A stretch of 25,203 bases of DNA from a virus (lineage: Duplodnaviria; Caudoviricetes): IMG/VR virus record IMGVR_UViG_3300044448_001990, positions 1-25,203 of that record. The stretch is one strand, 5' to 3'. The notes under the pieces are model-generated. The model was not told the DNA's origin. It worked only from the letters and a program-made list of their open reading frames with translations, and did not search any database. Of this stretch, positions 16,292-22,937 are shown in pieces (positions within the stretch are counted from its first letter, which is position 1; every line of letters starts with the position of its first letter). The translations under genes and the position numbers were made by a program.

Positions 16292-18181
16292 TTAAATTTC
16301 ACATTTGTCGCCAGCACAAGCATACTCAGCTTTACCTTGAGTATTGTCTTCTTGTTCAAAATCTGACAATTGTGTATAATTAATTAGGGGTAGGGTCTTT
16401 ATAAGCCTTTCGTAGGAATGTATATCAATCTCTTCATATGGAGCGAGCTCATACTTACCACCATCATATGGTAAAAACGATACCCCATTTATTATATCCC
16501 AGTTCTGATAAACCCAGTTACCTACTTCGAACCATTCATCATCTCTAACATACACAGTCATACTAGCGTTGTGTTCACACCAGTTATGTTGTAAGTTTTT
16601 ATAATGTTTTAATTGGTCTAATGCAGATACATCTTTACGAGTTATACAGTTATCTGGTGCTTTTACTGGAAACTCTAATACCCATGTAGAAGCATTCTTT
16701 TTATCTTGTCCTACTTCTGGGTTGGCAGGTATACCTAAATCTTTTAACATTTTAAACAATGGGTCACGGGCTGCAATCCTATAACGACGTATATAGTATT
16801 GAGAGTATCTTGGATGTACACCTGATGCAGAGTCCACAAGTTGACTGACTGTGCCTGATGGCTTAACACAAGTGGTCGCTGCTGGCATTTTTGTACCGAG
16901 TATTGTCGATGCTTTGCGAGAAATACGCAAAACACGGCTTTTAAGGGCCTTTAAGGCCTCCGATGTCAAAACCGAGGGGTTATCCATCTGACCGGTTAAA
17001 CTAACGCCTAGAAGCGCTTCTACGTCACAATTCTTTTTCCACTCTTTTCTGAGGTAAGGAAAATATGTAAACGAACTTTGTATTACACCAAGCCATGTGG
17101 CTGTCTCCACTTTGTCCAACAATGAATCTAAGTCATCATCTTCTCTTACTACTACTTCCGAAAGGTTACAGAATTCCATATCCCGCAACATTATTTCTCC
17201 ACAGGGATTAGTTCCCTGAATTAGAGGAGCGTAACGTCTAGAAGGAGCTTTTGATTGTGCTGCTTCTAGATTAAAGATACCTCGCTCACCTGTTCCAGAT
17301 TTAGCTAAGGCACCCCATTCTATTAAAAAATCTGCTGCTGAAGGTTTTTCTCTAAACACTGCACTATTATTAGCCATAGCACGTTTGATAGGGAAAGGCC
17401 ATTCTTTAGCTTGACGCATTTCTTCATCATCTAAATCACTTAATGATATCTGTGAACTACGTCTAACTCCACCTACTACTACTATCTCTGCTATCTGATT
17501 ACATATATCATGAGCTTCTAACGTAGTAAGTTTACGTCCTTGTGCATTGTGCATTGTTTCACGGATGAAATCATGCAACTTAATTAATGGTGCTGGACCT
17601 GAGGCTCTGCCTCCCATAGTGTTAAGTCTAGCACCTTCTAGTCTAATTAAAGAATAATCAAAATAAATGTTCTGTCCATCATATAAATTATTCATTAACA
17701 TTTTAACTGAGTCTGCCCATCCTGCTTTAGAATCAAAGATAGGTATAGTATCTAAACCTCTCCCTGATTTGATGACAGGTATCTCAGGTAATTTCTCTAC
17801 TTCTTCTGCTTCAACTGAGAAACCAAACCCAGTTCCACACATAAGTATATAAAGACATTCAGCAAAAGATTCAACACAGTTTATCTTCGCAAAGGAACAA
17901 TTGTATATACATGTGTTATCAAACTTTGCTGCTGGGCCTGCTGCCCATAAAAATCTCATAGAAGGCATGACTGCAAACTCAGTCATATACTTTCTAATCT
18001 TACTAATTGTCTTCTCAGGTATATCAGGTCTTTCTGAAATTACAAAACCGATAAACCTTTCTATTGTCTCAGGCCAATCTTCTCGCCTGTTCTCTTCTTC
18101 TAACCAACGTGAATACGTTCTTTTATAAATAAATTCTGCTACTTCGTTTTTAAACAATCTACCACTTCCTTTGCGGTTCAT
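16292..18181 (-). CDS. nrdJ: Class II (adenosylcobalamin-dependent) ribonucleotide reductase
   Basis: Motifs PSMR, YNCSF, VGGVRRS, TNPCGEI, FCNLSEV, TCVKPSGT and C-terminal CAGDKCEI. There is no ATP cone. TTG 18157 is an alternative start. Confidence 0.93.
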   Translation of the reverse strand: MNRKGSGRLFKNEVAEFIYKRTYSRWLEEENRREDWPETIERFIGFVISERPDIPEKTISKIRKYMTEFAVMPSMRFLWAAGPAAKFDNTCIYNCSFAKINCVESFAECLYILMCGTGFGFSVEAEEVEKLPEIPVIKSGRGLDTIPIFDSKAGWADSVKMLMNNLYDGQNIYFDYSLIRLEGARLNTMGGRASGPAPLIKLHDFIRETMHNAQGRKLTTLEAHDICNQIAEIVVVGGVRRSSQISLSDLDDEEMRQAKEWPFPIKRAMANNSAVFREKPSAADFLIEWGALAKSGTGERGIFNLEAAQSKAPSRRYAPLIQGTNPCGEIMLRDMEFCNLSEVVVREDDDLDSLLDKVETATWLGVIQSSFTYFPYLRKEWKKNCDVEALLGVSLTGQMDNPSVLTSEALKALKSRVLRISRKASTILGTKMPAATTCVKPSGTVSQLVDSASGVHPRYSQYYIRRYRIAARDPLFKMLKDLGIPANPEVGQDKKNASTWVLEFPVKAPDNCITRKDVSALDQLKHYKNLQHNWCEHNASMTVYVRDDEWFEVGNWVYQNWDIINGVSFLPYDGGKYELAPYEEIDIHSYERLIKTLPLINYTQLSDFEQEDNTQGKAEYACAGDKCEI

Positions 18182-18198
18182 TATTATAGTTTACGCTA

Positions 18199-18215
18199 CT
18201 ATAAAAGCCTTTTTC
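18199..18215 (-). promoter_or_regulatory. Putative archaeal promoter (BRE + TATA) for nrdJ
   Basis: The - strand reads GAAAAAGGC-TTTTATAG in one of the few intergenic gaps, just upstream of nrdJ. Confidence 0.55.
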
Positions 18216-18242
18216 TAATTTTTAAAATCTATTAAAACTCTG

Positions 18243-18306
18243 CGCCCGCAAGTGCAATCCTTTTCAGGGTCGCACTTACAAGCATTACGGGAAGTTAACA
18301 ACTTCC
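18243..18306 (-). ncRNA. Structured RNA element (two tandem hairpins); 3' UTR/terminator or small RNA
   Basis: GGAAGTT-GTT-AACTTCC (18290-18306) is followed by TGCTTGTAAGTGCGACCCT-GAAA-AGGATTGCACTTGCGGGCG (18243-18284). Confidence 0.6.
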
Positions 18307-18438
18307 TTAGTCAAGTTTTTTAGTATACTTCATAAAGTTTCCTTCATCGTCGTATAACTTTTTCAACTTAACACCGTCTATTGTCACAATATCGGATTTT
18401 TTAGCTGCTGCTTTTGTTGATTTCTTTTTTGCTGGCAT
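18307..18438 (-). CDS. 43-aa protein with Lys-rich N-terminus (not in ORF track)
   Basis: MPAKKKSTKAAAKKSDIVTIDGVKLKKLYDDEGNFMKYTKKLD*. TAATG overlap with the upstream gene. Confidence 0.8.
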   Translation of the reverse strand: MPAKKKSTKAAAKKSDIVTIDGVKLKKLYDDEGNFMKYTKKLD

Positions 18439-18623
18439 TAACTCACTCTCCTCATACCACCTTCTTTGGTGTTGCGTATAAATGTCATACCTAATCTGTA
18501 AACATACTCTTCGTCTTTACCTAAATCTTCTTTAGGTTCTTCGACTGGAACTTCTTCTACAGGTGCTTCCTCTACGGGAGCTTCTTCAACAACAACTTCT
18601 TTCTTTGCTGATTTTTTTGCCAT
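18438..18623 (-). CDS. Small protein with basic N-terminus and acidic VEE[AV]P repeats
   Basis: 61 aa, tightly packed in the operon. Confidence 0.8.
   Translation of the reverse strand: MAKKSAKKEVVVEEAPVEEAPVEEVPVEEPKEDLGKDEEYVYRLGMTFIRNTKEGGMRRVS
18534..18590 (-). repeat. Degenerate 15-bp coding tandem repeat (VEEAP-VEEAP-VEEVP-VEEP)
   Basis: Visible in the translation. Synonymous positions differ between units. Confidence 0.75.
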
Positions 18624-18625
18624 GA

Positions 18626-18967
18626 TTATCCTGATTCCTCAATTATAGCGAATTCTTCGCCAATAATTGTGCTCTTAACCATCTCTGTCTCAGCCCATGG
18701 AACGATAGTTCCTGATAGACCGGTAATGGAATCGGTAACCCCATTCCATGCGTAGCCTGCGATATCATTAGGTGTATCACCTTCTTTGATATCTGCGTTA
18801 GGGACAACAGTGTCCCAATATCCAGATAGACCGTTTGGAGTGCATTTAGCTCTGAATCCTACACATATACCTGTTGGGTCTGTGTTAGGGTATACTTCGT
18901 AGCGTGCTACGTATACATCTGCTTTGCATCCAGCGTTTCCATCTACTGTTATAGTTATTACTGCCAT
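18626..18967 (-). CDS. Hypothetical acidic protein, possibly virion-associated
   Basis: 113 aa with an AGGTGA SD. No motif recognised. Confidence 0.8.
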   Translation of the reverse strand: MAVITITVDGNAGCKADVYVARYEVYPNTDPTGICVGFRAKCTPNGLSGYWDTVVPNADIKEGDTPNDIAGYAWNGVTDSITGLSGTIVPWAETEMVKSTIIGEEFAIIEESG

Positions 18968-18998
18968 AATATTTCACCTTTCTTTGTCTTTGCCAATA

Positions 18999-19160
18999 TT
19001 ACTTGCGCTTTGCTTTCCTTTTGGTAGACTTTTTCTTCGTCTTACGTTTGACTTTCTTGGGGAGTTTGGCGCCCTTAGGCGTCTCCTTCTCCCATTTCTT
19101 CGCCATCTTTGGCTTGTTCTTGTGCATCCATGCTCTCTGTTTCTGACTCTTGAACGGCAT
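18999..19160 (-). CDS. 53-aa basic phage protein of the MPFKS-x-x-Q-R type (not in ORF track)
   Basis: MPFKSQKQRAWMHKNKPKMAKKWEKETPKGAKLPKKVKRKTKKKSTKRKAKRK*. AGGAGG SD upstream; it resembles small basic proteins recurrent in phage genomes. Confidence 0.85.
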   Translation of the reverse strand: MPFKSQKQRAWMHKNKPKMAKKWEKETPKGAKLPKKVKRKTKKKSTKRKAKRK

Positions 19161-19443
19161 CTTCTGCCTCCTTTTGTATTTTTTCTACATACATTTGCCA
19201 TTGCTGGACCATGTCATTTTCATCTAAGAACGTTTGAAGAATCTCGTTGTTCTGTTGTAACACTCCTTGTAGTTCGCTAACTGCTTGTTCTGCTTGACCA
19301 AGTCTGTCACCCAACATACGGGACTGCCCTACTAACCAATTAAGATTTTCCATTGTTTGAGCGGGACCAGTTCCCTTCTCAAATTCCTTTAGCCATGCTT
19401 CGACGTTTTCTAGTCTTTTCTCTACTCTTTTTAAGTTTGCCAT
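19075..19443 (-). CDS. Coiled-coil protein with acidic tail
   Basis: The start is moved from 19488 to ATG 19443 (AGGAG SD, no overlap with primase). Heptad pattern LKRVEKRLENVEAWL. Confidence 0.8.
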   Translation of the reverse strand: MANLKRVEKRLENVEAWLKEFEKGTGPAQTMENLNWLVGQSRMLGDRLGQAEQAVSELQGVLQQNNEILQTFLDENDMVQQWQMYVEKIQKEAEDAVQESETESMDAQEQAKDGEEMGEGDA

Positions 19444-19457
19444 AATTTCGCTCCTTA

Positions 19458-20534
19458 TTAGGTACAAGAGCACTTGTCGCCCTTGCATATTCCTAACTGT
19501 ATTAACTTATCCACTGAATACCTATTTATAGCTTTCGCTCTAATCGCCTCTATATGACGTCCGGGGGTATTTATATCGTCAGAATACCAGCCCCATTCGC
19601 CAGCGGGTTCATTATATATACTTCTGAACACAAAAGATATATCTCTATCAGACCAGCCTCCATTAATCAACTCAAATGCAATGATATTATTTTGGTCGTG
19701 GGAGCTATGTCCACGCTTTATATTATGCTCTATTAGCTCTATTACACACTTTCTAGGGGGCTTAATATATTCATTGCCTGATGGAGCCCTATAATGTTCT
19801 ATAGAGCCTGCTGCTTCTGATACTTTATTCAGTAAATAATCTATACTATTAGAAACAGTATGTTTTATTTCATACATGTCACACACAAATTCTACAAAGT
19901 TTCTTTGTGCCTTTGTGCTTTTCTCAGGTGCTATGGTTATACCATTATCTTCTTGAGCTACTGCGTATAATTCTTCTACACTTAGCTTTAAGATGTCTTC
20001 TACTGAAAACTGTGTACACCATACTCCTGTTGGTTCACCCGTAATCTTAGAGATATACTGGGTGTTTGGTATACGTCTCATACAAGAGACGCTGTTATTG
20101 ATACATATCTCATCTAATGTTTTTAATTTATATTTAGTTTTTAGATTTAATATATATTCTTTTAATACTTTCCTCTTTATGTGGTCTGGTATGTCCACAT
20201 GAGAAAAGAAATCTATATTCATTTGAAATCCTTTACCTCCTGTAAGGTATATTCTTGGTATTATGCCCAGAGGTTTACAAAACTTTCGTATAAAACGTCT
20301 AATATCCATAAGACATTTTTTGATATCCTTATTGTCATCAAAGTCAAACCATATGGTATTAAGTAACGCGGACTCATACTCTGTCTTATCATTTTTTATC
20401 CTGTCCTCATCAAAGACATATACACTTGCGTAACAATTTCTTTTGCCATTATACTCCTCAACTAGGTGTTCTATGTCTTCGACATTTTTACACTTAGCTA
20501 TTCTTGCTGGGATTCCAAATTCTCTATAATACAT
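19458..20534 (-). CDS. Archaeo-eukaryotic primase: PriS-like catalytic domain fused to PriL-CTD-like domain
   Basis: Motifs YASVY, IWFDFDD (I), TGGKGFQ (II) and RRIPNT. The C-terminus reads PPRKC...SH...YSVDKLIQLGICKGDKC. Confidence 0.8.
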   Translation of the reverse strand: MYYREFGIPARIAKCKNVEDIEHLVEEYNGKRNCYASVYVFDEDRIKNDKTEYESALLNTIWFDFDDNKDIKKCLMDIRRFIRKFCKPLGIIPRIYLTGGKGFQMNIDFFSHVDIPDHIKRKVLKEYILNLKTKYKLKTLDEICINNSVSCMRRIPNTQYISKITGEPTGVWCTQFSVEDILKLSVEELYAVAQEDNGITIAPEKSTKAQRNFVEFVCDMYEIKHTVSNSIDYLLNKVSEAAGSIEHYRAPSGNEYIKPPRKCVIELIEHNIKRGHSSHDQNNIIAFELINGGWSDRDISFVFRSIYNEPAGEWGWYSDDINTPGRHIEAIRAKAINRYSVDKLIQLGICKGDKCSCT

Positions 20535-20818
20535 AATTCTTTCCTTGTAGGTTCTAGTATAGCATCTCCTATCTTTTCTAATACTTCTATCTCAGTGCAC
20601 CAGTCTTTAGGTATAGCTAATATATCTACACCATCGACATCATTCCAATGACTTACTAATACAATAGCTTTATCATCTTGAGCTACTAGTTCACCTACAC
20701 TTTCTGAAACAGATAGATTTTCTACAGGATTGGCTATGTTAACAGCGTGGGTTTTAACCTGCTGTGCAGCATCATTCCATTTTACTTTTACTAGAGGCCC
20801 ATTCATTCCGATAGTCAT
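20498..20818 (-). CDS. Conserved phage-type small beta protein (SH3/Sm-like fold predicted)
   Basis: VKVKWNDA...SVGELVAQDDKAIVL...AIPKDWCTEIEVL pattern. Confidence 0.65.
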   Translation of the reverse strand: MTIGMNGPLVKVKWNDAAQQVKTHAVNIANPVENLSVSESVGELVAQDDKAIVLVSHWNDVDGVDILAIPKDWCTEIEVLEKIGDAILEPTRKELCIIENLESQQE

Positions 20819-21155
20819 TTTTCCACTCCTCGAACATATCAGCTACTATAGCTAAATCACGTTCATGTTTATAATACTTTGCATTGGCTGGGGTTTCAGT
20901 CACATAGATAGCGTTATATGGTCTATCAAAAATCAATCTATCATATGATATTTCATTTTCTTTACACCATTCTTTTGTAGCCATAACCCAATCTAAACTA
21001 TTGGGTCTCTTACACCATATAGTTACATGGTGACCTTGTGCTCTCAACCAATCAATAAACTCTTTCGAGTTAGCGATTACTCTACTTTTCTCTACGTCTT
21101 CATAGACTCTGCAAGGAGTTGATATTACTCCATCCATTCCAAATACTAAATTCAT
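20772..21155 (-). CDS. HAD-superfamily phosphatase homologue, probably inactive
   Basis: Cap-less HAD layout (LVFGMDGVI; GHHVTIWCKR; TKEW; YDRLIFDRP; IYVTE) with the catalytic residues altered. Confidence 0.7.
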   Translation of the reverse strand: MNLVFGMDGVISTPCRVYEDVEKSRVIANSKEFIDWLRAQGHHVTIWCKRPNSLDWVMATKEWCKENEISYDRLIFDRPYNAIYVTETPANAKYYKHERDLAIVADMFEEWKNDYRNEWASSKSKME

Positions 21156-22651
21156 TTCAATTTCTCCTTGACATCATTAAAGAAGTCAATCCATCTTTTA
21201 CCTATAGCTTCCCAACTATAGTGTTTAATAGCGTGTTTTCTCCCTGCTATCCCTGCCGCTATCTTCTTTTCAGGGTTATCATAATAATATTCTAAAGCTT
21301 CACATATAGCATTTTCTGAGGCTATAGCTCTCTGTGGTGCTGCTCTAGCTGGAGTGTCCCACCACATATCTTTATAAGGTATAAGTATACCTCTTTCACA
21401 AATATCTTCTTCTTCTAAGTGGTCTCTACCATTAGGGGAAGGGTCATTGTAATGACCTCCTATAGGATACATAGGAACTTCCTCTTTCTCTGGGTCATCA
21501 CTTTTTATCAGTTCATATGATGTAGTATAGTTAGTTGCGCATATTGGTACACCACAAGACATAGCTTCTAAAGTAGGTATACCAAATCCTTCTCCAGCAG
21601 TAGGTAAAACAAACACATCCATACAATTATATAACTGAGCCATTTCTTCATCACTAGGTGCCTGACCTTGGTCTAGGTTACCCATCAATGGAGGTAATAA
21701 ATGTTCTCCTACTCCATACTGTTGTGCAAAAGAAGGGAATTTCCACCCCATAGCGTCGTTCCAATCCATGTGTAAGATAAGCTTTGCATCTTTAGGAGAT
21801 AATTTTCTTTTCTTTACAAATTGTGCAAACCCTTTGATTAGCCTTGGAATATTTTTTCTGTGCTGATTACGTGCTACACACCCAACTATAAATGCTTTAG
21901 GACATTCATCATCACCATACTTAGGATTTAATACAGGTTTAAAAAGATGCGTGTCTACACCATGAGGTATATAGGTTGCATCACAATCGAAATCTTTCTT
22001 GAGTCCTTGTTGTCCATATCGTGACATAGCAACAGGAAAGTTAATCTCATCTATCTGTTGTTGCCACTGTGGTATAGAAGGTTCACCATCGTAAGGTATA
22101 ATTACTGCTAGCTTATACGCACCTTTTTTTAGTTTATCTATTTGTTTATAAGCTTTATTTAACATATCACTCTTTTCCTTTCTAGTAAATGGTTTACCAT
22201 CGTCTTTTACAAGAGGTAGGTTAAGACCTTGTGGTGTCTTTCCATCTGTCATATGTTTAAACATTTGGAAATCTAAGTGTGCTAGTGTGACATCGGGTTT
22301 GTATTTTCTAATCCATTCAGGGAAGGATTTTTCTCCAAACCTTTCTTGGCCGGGATTTAAGATAGGTAGGTTCTCAAAGTGAGCCCAGTTCTTATCTTGA
22401 TTCAGTGGCCATGGTGTGCTCCACTTAACATGTGAAGGATTTTGACATCCTCCGTATCCTATGTGGTGTCCATCTGTATACAATAGTGCTCCTATATTTC
22501 TTGTATTTGTTCCAAAACCAGTTGGTGCCCATGGACTATCAGATACTAACATTATACGTAACTTATCTTCCTTAGGCCTATTCTCTATATTTACAGGTTT
22601 TTGACCTCCTGCATGGTGAGGGTTACCTGTGTTTATCACTTGTTCAGTCAT
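21152..22651 (-). CDS. Glycosyltransferase, GT-B fold, family 4
   Basis: Motifs SDSPWAPTGFG, IPHGVD, ARNQHRKNIPRL, DVFVLPTAGEGFGIPTLEAMSCGVP and YSWE. Confidence 0.93.
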   Translation of the reverse strand: MTEQVINTGNPHHAGGQKPVNIENRPKEDKLRIMLVSDSPWAPTGFGTNTRNIGALLYTDGHHIGYGGCQNPSHVKWSTPWPLNQDKNWAHFENLPILNPGQERFGEKSFPEWIRKYKPDVTLAHLDFQMFKHMTDGKTPQGLNLPLVKDDGKPFTRKEKSDMLNKAYKQIDKLKKGAYKLAVIIPYDGEPSIPQWQQQIDEINFPVAMSRYGQQGLKKDFDCDATYIPHGVDTHLFKPVLNPKYGDDECPKAFIVGCVARNQHRKNIPRLIKGFAQFVKKRKLSPKDAKLILHMDWNDAMGWKFPSFAQQYGVGEHLLPPLMGNLDQGQAPSDEEMAQLYNCMDVFVLPTAGEGFGIPTLEAMSCGVPICATNYTTSYELIKSDDPEKEEVPMYPIGGHYNDPSPNGRDHLEEEDICERGILIPYKDMWWDTPARAAPQRAIASENAICEALEYYYDNPEKKIAAGIAGRKHAIKHYSWEAIGKRWIDFFNDVKEKLK

Positions 22652-22656
22652 GTTTA

Positions 22657-22854
22657 TTATTGTTTTATGGCTATAATATCTTTCTTATTAACTATGACTG
22701 TGCCTTTTTCACCTTTTAGGTAAACAAAATTATCATCATCATTCGTAATCATTCCTCTGCCTACTTTCGTCTTCTCTTCTTCCCGCCAAACTATTTTGAC
22801 TTCAGCTTCAGCTAAGAAAGCTGCTAACGGTTTTTTATCATTTTCATCCATCAT
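22657..22854 (-). CDS. Small Sm/LSm-like beta-barrel protein (65 aa)
   Basis: The start is moved from 22947 to ATG 22854 (GGAG SD). Short helix plus five strands: VKIVW, KVGRGMI, FVYL, TVIVNK, IIAIK. Confidence 0.6.
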   Translation of the reverse strand: MMDENDKKPLAAFLAEAEVKIVWREEEKTKVGRGMITNDDDNFVYLKGEKGTVIVNKKDIIAIKQ

Positions 22855-22873
22855 ATCATTCTCCAATTGTGTG

Positions 22874-22901
22874 AGGAAGCAGTCAATCGGACTGTCCTCC
22901 T
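22874..22901 (-). promoter_or_regulatory. 5'-leader stem-loop
   Basis: AGGAGG-A-CAGTC-CGATT-GACTG-CTTCCT gives 11 bp with one bulge. Confidence 0.6.
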
Positions 22902-22922
22902 TATATATTTCAGCAGAACTAG

Positions 22923-22930
22923 TATTTAAA
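22923..22930 (-). promoter_or_regulatory. Putative archaeal TATA box for the Sm-like/GT4/primase operon
   Basis: TTTAAATA just after the polB stop. Standard spacing places the start site near G22900. Confidence 0.6.
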
Positions 22931-22937
22931 GATTGTG

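Noticed and set aside
18183-18188. Bacterial -10 box TATAAT before nrdJ
   Set aside because: There is no credible -35 element, and the archaeal BRE/TATA fits the rest of the evidence better.
18214-18301. Possible TTG-start peptide containing CKCDPEKDCTC (metallothionein-like)
   Set aside because: The paired CxC motifs follow directly from the inverted repeat, SD spacing is poor, and the RNA hairpin explains the sequence better.
18182-18306. Cobalamin riboswitch or SECIS upstream of nrdJ
   Set aside because: No B12-box or SECIS GAA/A motif is seen, no in-frame TGA occurs in nearby genes, and the hairpins lie upstream of the putative promoter.
18974-19201. 75-aa Arg-rich ORF in the track
   Set aside because: It is a shadow frame. 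The MPFKS ORF (18999..19160) has a strong SD and a recognisable sequence.
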